31,917 bases of DNA, from positions 132,381 to 164,297 of IMG/VR virus record IMGVR_UViG_2595698877_000001, one strand, 5' to 3'. The notes beneath the pieces were generated by a model. It did no database searches, was not told the DNA's origin, and saw only the letters and a list, made by a program, of their open reading frames with translations. Made by a program: the position numbers and the translations under genes. Shown here in pieces: positions 8,113 to 16,229 of the stretch (position 1 is the first letter of the stretch; each line of letters opens with the position of its first letter). The DNA is from a virus (Duplodnaviria; Heunggongvirae; Uroviricota; Caudoviricetes; Herelleviridae).

Positions 8113-8793
8113 ATGAAAAACACAACTAAAAAATTCGCAATTGGTGGCGCTTTAGTAGCATCTTTATTAGTAGGAGCTGTAGGTGGAGCGGGCGCAAGCA
8201 GTTACTTAAATGACAATACACAGGATTTAGTTAAATTCAAAGCATGGAGCAATGAGTTAACTGATAAAGTTGTTAGCAAGACACAAGCGAATAAGGAGTT
8301 ACAGGCTTCTATCGCTAACCTAGAGAAAGCGAACCAAGAATTACAGGCTGCGAATCAACAAAAGGATGCCGAGATTGAAAAGCTAAACAATGAAATCTCT
8401 ATCTTTGTAGCTCAAACGCAAGCATTACAGAAAGAAATCGAAAATAAAAATGCTACAATTGAAGACCTTACTAAAAAGGTAACAACTTTAGAGTCGCAGG
8501 TTAAAGGTCTTCAAGATAAAATTAATGGTCTAGAGAAAACAAATGCAGAGCAACAAGCTACTATTAAAAACCTACAAGATACATTGACTGCTACACAACA
8601 AGCGCTTAAAAATACACAGGTTATCCTAGATGCAACGAAGAAAGAGCTAGATAAAGCGAACGCATCAGGTAAAGAAAAAGATAAAGAAATCGCAGAACTT
8701 AAAGCGAAGTTAAAAGAGTATCACGATGAAGTAGCTACACTTAAACCTTTACAACAACAACAAGAGAAGAAAGTTAAAGATTCTGAGAAGTAA
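8113..8793 (+). CDS. signal/TM-anchored long coiled-coil protein
   Basis: N-terminal KK then a hydrophobic Gly/Ala helix, followed by ~180 aa of heptad repeats; SD GGGGAGG. Confidence 0.8.
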   Translation: MKNTTKKFAIGGALVASLLVGAVGGAGASSYLNDNTQDLVKFKAWSNELTDKVVSKTQANKELQASIANLEKANQELQAANQQKDAEIEKLNNEISIFVAQTQALQKEIENKNATIEDLTKKVTTLESQVKGLQDKINGLEKTNAEQQATIKNLQDTLTATQQALKNTQVILDATKKELDKANASGKEKDKEIAELKAKLKEYHDEVATLKPLQQQQEKKVKDSEK

Positions 8794-8799
8794 GTTAGG

Positions 8800-8826
8800 G
8801 AGGGGAGCCTTCGGGTTCCTCTTTTA
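8800..8826 (+). terminator. intrinsic terminator
   Basis: GAGGGGAGCC-TTCG-GGTTCCTCTT followed by a T-run. Confidence 0.9.
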
Positions 8827-8839
8827 TAAAAAAAAGTTG

Positions 8840-8868
8840 TTGACTTTTAGTAAAAGATAGTATAAGAT
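8840..8868 (+). promoter_or_regulatory. sigma-A-type early promoter
   Basis: TTGACT-17-TAAGAT. Confidence 0.8.
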
Positions 8869-8887
8869 AAATAAGGAGAGGACTAAT

Positions 8888-9070
8888 ATGAAAGTTAAAA
8901 AGAAATCAGGTAAACCGTTTAAATCTGGGAACAAGGTGAATACAGTTATAGGTATTATCCACCATCCAGAGGTTAAAGGAGAGAAAGCGTACATCTTTAA
9001 AGAGGATGCTTCTTATGTGAGTGTAACAATGTGTGAAGAGGTGAAGGAGGGTGATACAGTTGAAGAATAG
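8888..9070 (+). CDS. small conserved phage protein (GKPFKSGxKVNTV type)
   Basis: 60 aa ORF; SD AAGGAGAGG. Confidence 0.8.
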   Translation: MKVKKKSGKPFKSGNKVNTVIGIIHHPEVKGEKAYIFKEDASYVSVTMCEEVKEGDTVEE

Positions 9071-9563
9071 AAAACCAGCTATCATCGGATTGGCTGTTGT
9101 GTGTCTTTTCACGGGATATCATACGTTTTTTGGGAAAGCGAAGACGGTTACAAATGTAGCTAGTCTTCCGTACACTGAGACAGATAGACGAGCAAACCAG
9201 TATCAGATTGATGAGTTGAAGTATGAAAAGAATAAAGCGGACTTTATTGAAATTTTAGACTATTTAGTATCATTTGAAAATATGGGGTACTTCAATATGA
9301 AATGGAATATCCCAGATAAGTACACTGTAACTGTCTCTTTAGACATTGACAATGCAGCTAAAGTTCATGATGCTACCGCTGTACAGGTGTATGATATCGT
9401 GAGAGCGAATAAGGATAGCTTCGGATATTATTTACAAGCTTTTAATAATACATTCCATAATGGGAAAGCTAAAGAAGGAGACTTAACTCTCATCATAACA
9501 AATAAGCAGGGTAAAGAGATTGCTCGCACACAAAAGTTATTAGAATCGAGCGCTCACCAGTAA
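9060..9563 (+). CDS. exported/membrane-anchored hypothetical protein
   Basis: TTG 9060 is correctly spaced from AAGGAGG; basic N-terminus plus hydrophobic stretch. Confidence 0.75.
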   Translation: MKNRKPAIIGLAVVCLFTGYHTFFGKAKTVTNVASLPYTETDRRANQYQIDELKYEKNKADFIEILDYLVSFENMGYFNMKWNIPDKYTVTVSLDIDNAAKVHDATAVQVYDIVRANKDSFGYYLQAFNNTFHNGKAKEGDLTLIITNKQGKEIARTQKLLESSAHQ

Positions 9564-9572
9564 GGAGACAGT

Positions 9573-9674
9573 ATGATTTTGTATATGGATTCTCACACGG
9601 GAATGATTATAACGGCGGTAGGAGTCATTGCGATGGGTTACCTTATGTTCTGGTTCTTACATAAAATGAAATAA
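9573..9674 (+). CDS. 33 aa single-TM peptide (absent from ORF track)
   Basis: SD TAAGGAGA; MILYMDSHTGMIITAVGVIAMGYLMFWFLHKMK. Confidence 0.7.
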   Translation: MILYMDSHTGMIITAVGVIAMGYLMFWFLHKMK

Positions 9675-9700
9675 CGTGTGAGATTTTTTAAAAATAGTTG

Positions 9701-9729
9701 TTGACTTTAAGTAAATAGTGTGATAAGAT
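9701..9729 (+). promoter_or_regulatory. sigma-A-type early promoter
   Basis: TTGACT-17-TAAGAT; 36 bp (9687-9722) identical to 10001-10036. Confidence 0.8.
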
Positions 9730-9754
9730 AAAGGTAACGAAAGGGATGGTGTAA

Positions 9755-9994
9755 ATGAGTAATAAAGGCGGCTTATACAAATATGAATTTTACGACCCAG
9801 AAGTAGAAATAAATGGGTTACTGTTAGCTAAAGATGATGAGGATGCACAAAAGAAAGCTAATGCGCTATTATACATCACAGACCCGGAAGGGGAAGAAAC
9901 ATTACCGATAGTAAAACATGTACTGGATATGGATAAGTTCGAGACTTTAGTTGTAACAGGTTCAGTTGAGACTTATTATGACGACTGGGATTGA
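9755..9994 (+). CDS. acidic hypothetical protein
   Basis: 79 aa ORF; SD AAAGGGATGG. Confidence 0.8.
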   Translation: MSNKGGLYKYEFYDPEVEINGLLLAKDDEDAQKKANALLYITDPEGEETLPIVKHVLDMDKFETLVVTGSVETYYDDWD

Positions 9995-10014
9995 AAAAAG
10001 TTTAAAAATAGTTG

Positions 10015-10043
10015 TTGACTTTAAGTAAATAGTGTGGTAATAT
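10015..10043 (+). promoter_or_regulatory. sigma-A-type early promoter
   Basis: TTGACT-17-TAATAT. Confidence 0.8.
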
Positions 10044-10084
10044 AAAGACAGTTAAGAAAAACAATTACTTAGGAGGAAATACAA

Positions 10085-10240
10085 ATGACTAAGAAAGTAT
10101 GTAGTGAAGTAAAAGAGTGTATCCTTTGTTTTAACACAAATAAGGATGAAATCGAGAAAGTTCCAGTATTTACAGATAGAGATGGTAATGAAGGTGAGTT
10201 TGTAGAGTGGATGTGCAAAGAAGGAAAAGGATGCTGCTAA
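10085..10240 (+). CDS. 51 aa Cys-rich protein (absent from ORF track)
   Basis: SD AGGAGG; six Cys including CILC and C-terminal CKEGKGCC. Confidence 0.75.
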   Translation: MTKKVCSEVKECILCFNTNKDEIEKVPVFTDRDGNEGEFVEWMCKEGKGCC

Positions 10241-10254
10241 AAGGAGGAGATAAC

Positions 10255-10419
10255 ATGTACGAAGTAATATGGTGGTTAGAAGAAGAGGGGTTCGCTTACA
10301 GTGAACCAGCTACAACTAGGACAGAAGCAATAGAACTAGCACAAGCGATGTATGATAAAGGAGCTGTTAAGGTACAAGTACAGGAAACAATATATACGAT
10401 AAAAAGAAAAGATGAATAA
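10255..10419 (+). CDS. hypothetical protein
   Basis: ATG 10255 after AAGGAGG, within ORF-track 10207..10419. Confidence 0.75.
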   Translation: MYEVIWWLEEEGFAYSEPATTRTEAIELAQAMYDKGAVKVQVQETIYTIKRKDE

Positions 10420-10426
10420 AAAGTTG

Positions 10427-10455
10427 TTGACTTAAAGTAAAACAGATGATAATAT
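10427..10455 (+). promoter_or_regulatory. sigma-A-type early promoter
   Basis: TTGACT-17-TAATAT. Confidence 0.8.
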
Positions 10456-10481
10456 AAAGGTAACGAAAGGAGGTGCTGTCT

Positions 10482-10667
10482 GTGGGAAGTGAAATAACAG
10501 TAGTTTTAGGTGGGTTGTCATGTTTAAGAAGACATGGTTGGTGTAGAATCCTAAAAGACCATGAATCCGAGATTAAGTTGATTACACATACTTTAGATGA
10601 ATGCAATGTTAGATACTCAAAACAAGAAGATGAAACTTGTGTAAGGATTTACGCTACTATTAAGTAA
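10482..10667 (+). CDS. hypothetical protein
   Basis: GTG 10482 correctly spaced from AAAGGAGGT. Confidence 0.7.
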   Translation: MGSEITVVLGGLSCLRRHGWCRILKDHESEIKLITHTLDECNVRYSKQEDETCVRIYATIK

Positions 10668-10682
10668 TTGGAGGAGATATCA

Positions 10683-10901
10683 ATGGAAAGAGAATTGTTC
10701 TTAAATCAAAGTTATCAAGTAGCGCCCGGTAAAACGAGTGTTACTTCCACACCACTAACATTTGTTAATTATGGTAGAGATGATGTGTTACCTCGAATTG
10801 ACAGGATTATGGAAGCTTATACAGCTAACAGTAAGTGCTTTGGTTTTACAAACATTAAGTATTGGTTAACAGATTATAATGTAACGAGAGGGGAATATTA
10901 A
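10683..10901 (+). CDS. hypothetical protein
   Basis: ATG 10683 after GGAGG. Confidence 0.72.
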   Translation: MERELFLNQSYQVAPGKTSVTSTPLTFVNYGRDDVLPRIDRIMEAYTANSKCFGFTNIKYWLTDYNVTRGEY

Positions 10902-10902
10902 A

Positions 10903-11319
10903 ATGTCAAATAATAATATAAATATCACGTATGTAATAACTGGTTATGATGAGTTAAATGGTTCTACTCCTGTATTATATGCAGGTTTCGATGAACAGTT
11001 AGCCGATGATTCTGTTAAAGATTCTATCTTATGTGACTTCGAAAAAGAAGTATGGTGCAACGGACAACGGGTACAGTTGTTTTCTAAATCACGAATCGGA
11101 GATAAGTGGGGTTTAAGAGGGGACGAGCTTAAAAAAATGTTGGATACTGCACTAAACAATTCTTGTGAGTTGGTAAAACAATTAGATAAGTTTGAAAAGG
11201 TGAAACAGTTACTAGTCAATCAAGACAACCCGAACCATACAGCAGATAAGCTAAGAGACATCGCTAACAATGTAAATACAATTAAACACATCATGGAGGA
11301 TTTATATGTGCAAGCGTGA
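10903..11319 (+). CDS. hypothetical protein
   Basis: 138 aa ORF; SD GAGGGG. Confidence 0.75.
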   Translation: MSNNNINITYVITGYDELNGSTPVLYAGFDEQLADDSVKDSILCDFEKEVWCNGQRVQLFSKSRIGDKWGLRGDELKKMLDTALNNSCELVKQLDKFEKVKQLLVNQDNPNHTADKLRDIANNVNTIKHIMEDLYVQA

Positions 11320-11647
11320 GATGGCTAATAATGGGACAGGCGGTTGTATCACTTGCCCATTCGCTTATACGGATGATTCTGAACAGGCACAGAACTATGG
11401 GTGCTTACCTACAGAGTATGACATTATTAAGATGAAAGAAGAAACTGGACATAACTGGGCTTGCCACTACGATGAGACGATTATGTGTGGTGGATTCATC
11501 ACAGAAGTTAAGCGACGTAGACCGGATTTGGACTTGACTAAAGGTGGACTAATATCGTATGATACGTGGTATAGAGAAGGACAAGATGTAGCTATTAAAG
11601 AAGCGGAGGAGAAGTTAAATGAAAAGATATCTAATATTCGGGTTTGA
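11306..11647 (+). CDS. Cys/His-rich putative metal-binding protein
   Basis: CITCPF..GCLP..WACH..CGG; SD GGAGG. Confidence 0.75.
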   Translation: MCKREMANNGTGGCITCPFAYTDDSEQAQNYGCLPTEYDIIKMKEETGHNWACHYDETIMCGGFITEVKRRRPDLDLTKGGLISYDTWYREGQDVAIKEAEEKLNEKISNIRV

Positions 11648-11885
11648 TAATTATTACCCTTGTGGCGGTTTCTATGATTTAGTAGCAGTTACGGATGATT
11701 TAACAAAAGGAATTGAATACATCAAAGAGCATCATGAAGACTTATTCGAAGGGTACGGTTCCGGTAGATTTGATAATTTCTATGTATTCGACAATGTAGA
11801 GAATCAATGGTATGTGTCTCGTGTGGAACTATCGACAGAGACAGTTTATTTAGAAGAACAAGAGTTAGACTATAAAGTACTATAG
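11619..11885 (+). CDS. acidic hypothetical protein
   Basis: 88 aa ORF; SD GGAGG. Confidence 0.75.
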   Translation: MKRYLIFGFDNYYPCGGFYDLVAVTDDLTKGIEYIKEHHEDLFEGYGSGRFDNFYVFDNVENQWYVSRVELSTETVYLEEQELDYKVL

Positions 11886-11896
11886 GAGGATTTGAT

Positions 11897-12100
11897 ATGA
11901 GCTTAATAAATAAAGGCGATTACATTATTGGCGGGTTAGGTACAGTAGGAGTGTTAGTTGGTATTGTTTCTATTAGTAATGACTACACTGTATTAGGTGT
12001 GTCACTAACTACAATGGGCGGCGTACTATTAGGTTTCGTAGGTGGGGTTAACTTAGCAGCTAAAACATACCATAGATTAGTAGAGAAAGGGGAGTTGTGA
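11897..12100 (+). CDS. two-TM membrane hairpin protein, SND family copy 1
   Basis: SD AGGAGG; motif G-x4-SND-x4-G-x6-GG-x3-G. Confidence 0.78.
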   Translation: MSLINKGDYIIGGLGTVGVLVGIVSISNDYTVLGVSLTTMGGVLLGFVGGVNLAAKTYHRLVEKGEL

Positions 12101-12101
12101 T

Positions 12102-12440
12102 ATGTTACAGTACATAAAAGATTACATCAGATTACAGTGGTACATAGGAACTTGTGAAGGTCTTAAGACTAAACAACTAAACCGAAGTATAGCGGAGTTA
12201 GCTAGGAATGCTAACCCAGACTATAGAGCTGAAAAAGGAGGCAAGTGGATGCTTCTGGTTAATGGCATGTTGTCTACTTATGGAAATCATCAATTCTGGG
12301 TACCATACGAAAGTACGAGGTGTCAGGGTGCAGAGAAAATAATAGGAAAAGAAGAATACAGAGATGGTAAGCTATATAAGCGGAGTTATTTAGTTGCTCC
12401 AGACTTGAATAATAAAATGGTTACGGAATACATTAAATAA
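12102..12440 (+). CDS. hypothetical protein
   Basis: 112 aa ORF; SD AAGGGGAG. Confidence 0.75.
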   Translation: MLQYIKDYIRLQWYIGTCEGLKTKQLNRSIAELARNANPDYRAEKGGKWMLLVNGMLSTYGNHQFWVPYESTRCQGAEKIIGKEEYRDGKLYKRSYLVAPDLNNKMVTEYIK

Positions 12441-12454
12441 TTGGGGGAATTATA

Positions 12455-12907
12455 ATGGAAACTATTACTTACGTAGGATTAATCAAAGACGAGGATTACA
12501 AGAGTCACACTAAATATATCGGTGCAGACTTCGAAAGAGCTAAAGATGTAGTTCTTGCAGCGAAGACATACAGTAATCAGTCGGCTATTGTAGAGTTATG
12601 GGTGGGAGAAGCGGTTATTCGCTCATTCCGTTACAATACTTATCATAAAGTGTGGGATGAGTCTAGTAATCTAGAAGTAGAGGCGCTTAAACAGTCTCAT
12701 GGGGTGGTGGACATACTTATAGATAGATTAGGTGAGTTAGGTATTGTCAGTGATGCTATTGGTGGGCTGGAAGACCATGATTCTATTAGTAGACTACTAG
12801 GTTCATTGAATAATATTAGAGACTTTTGTTTGGACTTAGCAGTAAAAGCAAACGGGAAAGCAGCTACAAAAGCAGAGGGAGCGATTACAGATGAGAAAAA
12901 AGATTAG
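12455..12907 (+). CDS. hypothetical protein
   Basis: 150 aa ORF; SD GGGGG. Confidence 0.75.
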   Translation: METITYVGLIKDEDYKSHTKYIGADFERAKDVVLAAKTYSNQSAIVELWVGEAVIRSFRYNTYHKVWDESSNLEVEALKQSHGVVDILIDRLGELGIVSDAIGGLEDHDSISRLLGSLNNIRDFCLDLAVKANGKAATKAEGAITDEKKD

Positions 12908-13094
12908 TAGCCCAGTAGATTTCGAGAATATGCCTACAGACCATTTACTAATGTACATTGATTTCTATAGGGACAAGATTGATGAAGGTGAGCCTATGGA
13001 TGACTACTATCGTAATATGCTTACTCTAGCCACAGCAGAATTAGAAAAGAGAAGAGAACAGTCTTTAAAAAATATTAAAAAACTTGTTGACTAA
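12891..13094 (+). CDS. hypothetical protein
   Basis: 67 aa ORF; SD GAGGGAG; its last codons overlap the next -35 element. Confidence 0.72.
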   Translation: MRKKISSPVDFENMPTDHLLMYIDFYRDKIDEGEPMDDYYRNMLTLATAELEKRREQSLKNIKKLVD

Positions 13095-13115
13095 AAGTAA
13101 AAGATAGTGTAATAT
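13087..13115 (+). promoter_or_regulatory. sigma-A-type early promoter
   Basis: TTGACT-17-TAATAT. Confidence 0.8.
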
Positions 13116-13139
13116 AAAGGTATAAGGAGGTGAGATTAC

Positions 13140-13292
13140 TTGAATAAACATGAATGGATTTACTGGACTATAGCTATGTTTTTAGTAGCTAGTGGTGCTT
13201 ACTTAGTATCGAATGACACTAAGTTGATAGGTTTAATATTAGTAGCATGTGGAGCTTACTCATTAGGTGCTAAATTTGAAAACAAAAAATAG
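13140..13292 (+). CDS. two-TM membrane hairpin protein, SND family copy 2 (absent from ORF track)
   Basis: TTG start after AAGGAGGTGA; 50 aa; motif G-x4-SND-x4-G-x6-GA-x3-G. Confidence 0.75.
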   Translation: MNKHEWIYWTIAMFLVASGAYLVSNDTKLIGLILVACGAYSLGAKFENKK

Positions 13293-13305
13293 AGGAGGAA
13301 TTATA

Positions 13306-13533
13306 ATGAATAAAGCGTTAGTAATCGGAGGTTCAGTGTTAGTTTTAGCAGGGAGTTTACTTATCAGTAATGACCACACAATGTCGGGAGGGCTTACTAT
13401 TGTTCTAGGAGCTAACATCACTGGTTGGGCTTCTGGAATTACGAATACAATTAATCACTTGGATAGAGAAGGGTACTTAAAAGACTCTTGGTATAAGAAG
13501 TATAGCAAAAATGTTAAAAAACTAAATATCTAA
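13306..13533 (+). CDS. two-TM membrane hairpin protein, SND family copy 3
   Basis: ATG 13306 after GAGGAGG; motif G-x4-SND-x4-G-x6-GA-x3-G. Confidence 0.78.
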   Translation: MNKALVIGGSVLVLAGSLLISNDHTMSGGLTIVLGANITGWASGITNTINHLDREGYLKDSWYKKYSKNVKKLNI

Positions 13534-13536
13534 CGC

Positions 13537-13565
13537 TTGTAAACCTTTAGTTAATATGATATACT
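13537..13565 (+). promoter_or_regulatory. sigma-A-type promoter (variant class)
   Basis: TTGTAA-17-TATACT with extended -10 TG. Confidence 0.6.
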
Positions 13566-13594
13566 AGACTCATATCTAATAAGGAGTTGATAGT

Positions 13595-13846
13595 ATGACT
13601 ATGGTAGTACATAAACGAAGTGGAATTAAAAGAGGTAAACCATTTCGAGGTGTTGATGTCTTAGCGGAAATGAAGTTTAAGTGGATAACAACTAGAGAAG
13701 CAGATTACGCTTACAGAATCATCAGTGGAAAGATGCTTAGAAAAGAGATTCCTGAGGATGGTATAGGGTTTGATAGAAAAGGAGCTTTCAAGGTAGATAC
13801 GCCTTTAAACTTCTTTCTAGAAAACGATTTTTATGAATATGCATAG
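13595..13846 (+). CDS. basic hypothetical protein
   Basis: 83 aa ORF; SD AAGGAG. Confidence 0.75.
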   Translation: MTMVVHKRSGIKRGKPFRGVDVLAEMKFKWITTREADYAYRIISGKMLRKEIPEDGIGFDRKGAFKVDTPLNFFLENDFYEYA

Positions 13847-13857
13847 GAGGAGAGAGG

Positions 13858-14238
13858 ATGGCTATCTACTGGATTGGGGAGAAGGTTGACACAACCGGAG
13901 CTTATAACAGTGTAATCGAACACGGAGAACTATTCAAAAGAGTTCATGATAAAATAGATACACCATTATACAGATTCGAGTCTAGGTTTGGTCAGACTGT
14001 ATATATCTCTGAACCGTACACAATAGGTACTTTAGAGCAGATAATTAATGAGTATTCTTACGCAGAGTTAACAACATTCCTATATGAAACTTTAATAATG
14101 CAAAGAGGGATGATTAGCTTCCTGCATAGTATCTCCCTACATACAGCTAGAGAACGAGATGAGGGGTACAGAGCAGGGATAGAACGAGCGCAGAAAGATA
14201 TAAGAGAAGCTTTGGGATTAGAGGAGGACAAGCTATGA
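13858..14238 (+). CDS. hypothetical protein
   Basis: 126 aa ORF; SD AGGAGG. Confidence 0.75.
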   Translation: MAIYWIGEKVDTTGAYNSVIEHGELFKRVHDKIDTPLYRFESRFGQTVYISEPYTIGTLEQIINEYSYAELTTFLYETLIMQRGMISFLHSISLHTARERDEGYRAGIERAQKDIREALGLEEDKL

Positions 14239-14633
14239 GCAATAAGAAAATTATTATAGAACTAATCAATGGCGATAGATACGTAAATGACCCAGAACTA
14301 GGGATGAACTTAGATTCACCAGAAGAAATCGCTTCTAACTTATATGAGGAAGGTAAGTACGCGTTATATAGAGAAGGTTATGGTTATTACTATATCAGTA
14401 ATCGTGACTTTGCAAGAGCTTACTATGAGGAGGATTCTAGAATCGTTACAGTAGTAGGTGGCGGTCACAAGTATGTGAAACTACAACATGTCTTTGAACT
14501 TATGAAACATGCAAAGAACATGTGGAGTCTACCCTACTATGAATTTGATGAGCTAACCAAGACCAAAAAGAAGATTGATAATACAATGGCATGGTTAGAG
14601 CGCAATGCGAAGACAAAGGAGGAACTACAATGA
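14235..14633 (+). CDS. hypothetical protein
   Basis: 132 aa ORF; ATGA overlap; SD GAGGAGG. Confidence 0.75.
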   Translation: MSNKKIIIELINGDRYVNDPELGMNLDSPEEIASNLYEEGKYALYREGYGYYYISNRDFARAYYEEDSRIVTVVGGGHKYVKLQHVFELMKHAKNMWSLPYYEFDELTKTKKKIDNTMAWLERNAKTKEELQ

Positions 14634-14803
14634 ATATTCGAATCCGTTTAAAAAGCGGCGCACACCTAGATTTTAAGTTAAAGGATTATAAAACTATGGA
14701 AGAGTTATACCAAAACTTCGATTTTAGTTTACCAGCAGCAATGTTTTGTGGTGTTATTATCTTAACAGATGATATCTCCTACATACAAGAGGTGAAACTA
14801 TGA
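14630..14803 (+). CDS. hypothetical protein
   Basis: ATG 14630 after AAAGGAGG; ATGA overlap. Confidence 0.72.
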   Translation: MNIRIRLKSGAHLDFKLKDYKTMEELYQNFDFSLPAAMFCGVIILTDDISYIQEVKL

Positions 14804-15066
14804 ACCTGTTAGTAGCAAGCTGCGATTATCATGAAGACGGGTGTGTAGTAACTCACTACGAAGAAGAGTTTAAGAGTTACAACATAGGAGGTGTTTTCCA
14901 GCTCGTATTAAAGAAAGAAGATAACGGTTTTAGTGGATATTATAAAGTACATAAGACAAACCAAACATTTGCATACGATGGTACAGGATTAAGTAAGAAA
15001 AGTATTTTAAGAGACTTTTGGGACAAGGCTAAGAGTTTAGGTGCAGTAGATTTAAGATTTAACTGA
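14800..15066 (+). CDS. hypothetical protein
   Basis: 88 aa ORF; SD GAGGTGA; ATGA overlap. Confidence 0.75.
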   Translation: MNLLVASCDYHEDGCVVTHYEEEFKSYNIGGVFQLVLKKEDNGFSGYYKVHKTNQTFAYDGTGLSKKSILRDFWDKAKSLGAVDLRFN

Positions 15067-15095
15067 TTGACAGCTCATTGAAAATTTAATATAAT
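15067..15095 (+). promoter_or_regulatory. perfect consensus sigma-A promoter
   Basis: TTGACA-17-TATAAT directly upstream of the RNA ligase gene. Confidence 0.88.
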
Positions 15096-15114
15096 AAGAG
15101 GAGAGAAAATACAT

Positions 15115-16047
15115 ATGACAAACTCATTTGAACAAAAACATTACACAAAGGTAATTCGTTATGGGAAATCAGGTACACAAGGGCTATTAAACCCGGGAGA
15201 CGAAATCGTAATCTATGAAAAAGTAGATGGTAGTAACGCATCATTTGCACAGGATACTGGAGTGGACAAGGTTAGACGATTCTCACGTAAACTAGAGCTT
15301 ACAGGAGATTGGGGATTAAACGGATTCGTAGAGTGGACAATTGACAACATCGATGGACAAGCCCTACTACCGGATGTACTATACTTTGGAGAGTGGACAG
15401 CACCACATAAAGTTAGATACGCAGAAGAATTTACACGTACATATTTCTTATTCGACTTATACGATACAAAAGCTAAGAAATACTTACCATACGAAAAAGT
15501 AGAAGAGGAAGCGAAACGATTAGGATTAAACCTAGCTCCTGTCCTCTACAAAGGCGAATACATTGACTTCGAACACTTAATGAGCTTTGTAGGTAAAACG
15601 GCTCTAGGAGGTCATGTGGGCGACAAAGAAGGTGGAGAAGGTATCGTAGTTAAGAAAGTAAATGATAAAGACCAAGTATTCTTGAAACTGGTAGACGAAG
15701 CATTCTTGGAAGTACATAACTCTAAAGGTTCTAAACAGAAAGCACCGAAAGACCCGAACAAAGCATCAGCAGAGCGAGCATTTGTCAACGCTACCGTAAC
15801 AGAGGCTCGTGTTGATAAAATATTGTACAAGCTATCTGATGAAGGAGTATTACCAGATGTACTGGTTATCCAAGACATGGGTGATATCTTAAAAGCTGCG
15901 GGTAACGTAGTATATCAAGATATCATGGAAGAAGAGGCGGACGAGCTATTACCTGCTGAACATGAGAAGAGAGAGGTTCGACGAGCTGTAGGTGGAGTAC
16001 TACCACAGATTGTAAAACAAGTGTTAAAGGCTCGCGGAACACTATGA
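15115..16047 (+). CDS. RNA ligase, T4 Rnl2-like
   Basis: Nucleotidyltransferase motifs I (EKVDGSN), III (YFGEW), IIIa (FLFDL), IV (EGIVVK), V (FLK), plus an Rnl2-type helical C-terminal domain. Confidence 0.85.
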   Translation: MTNSFEQKHYTKVIRYGKSGTQGLLNPGDEIVIYEKVDGSNASFAQDTGVDKVRRFSRKLELTGDWGLNGFVEWTIDNIDGQALLPDVLYFGEWTAPHKVRYAEEFTRTYFLFDLYDTKAKKYLPYEKVEEEAKRLGLNLAPVLYKGEYIDFEHLMSFVGKTALGGHVGDKEGGEGIVVKKVNDKDQVFLKLVDEAFLEVHNSKGSKQKAPKDPNKASAERAFVNATVTEARVDKILYKLSDEGVLPDVLVIQDMGDILKAAGNVVYQDIMEEEADELLPAEHEKREVRRAVGGVLPQIVKQVLKARGTL

Positions 16048-16145
16048 GTAAATACATAGACTTATATAATGAAGTCACCTATGAATATACATATAATAAT
16101 ACATATAACTATAAATACGATTACGACATAATTTCACTAGATTAG
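16044..16145 (+). CDS. 33 aa Tyr-rich peptide coupled to the RNA ligase gene (absent from ORF track)
   Basis: ATGA overlap with the ligase stop; MSKYIDLYNEVTYEYTYNNTYNYKYDYDIISLD; ends at the terminator. Confidence 0.5.
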   Translation: MSKYIDLYNEVTYEYTYNNTYNYKYDYDIISLD

Positions 16146-16168
16146 AGGGAATTTTCCCTCTTTTCTTT
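16144..16168 (+). terminator. intrinsic terminator
   Basis: AGAGGGA-ATTT-TCCCTCT followed by TTTCTTT. Confidence 0.8.
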
Positions 16169-16178
16169 AAAATAATTG

Positions 16179-16207
16179 TTGACTTAAAGTAAAGAGTGTA
16201 GTAATAT
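16179..16207 (+). promoter_or_regulatory. sigma-A-type early promoter
   Basis: TTGACT-17-TAATAT. Confidence 0.8.
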
Positions 16208-16229
16208 AGAATTATAAGGAGGAGATAAT

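Noticed and set aside
8113-8793. SMC / chromosome segregation protein label for the coiled coil
   Set aside because: No Walker A/B or hinge motifs; it is too short and has an N-terminal signal-like helix.
3929-10668. ORF-track start positions 3929, 9051, 10473 and 10668
   Set aside because: These codons abut or precede the SD; in-frame starts at 3938, 9060, 10482 and 10683 have proper spacing.
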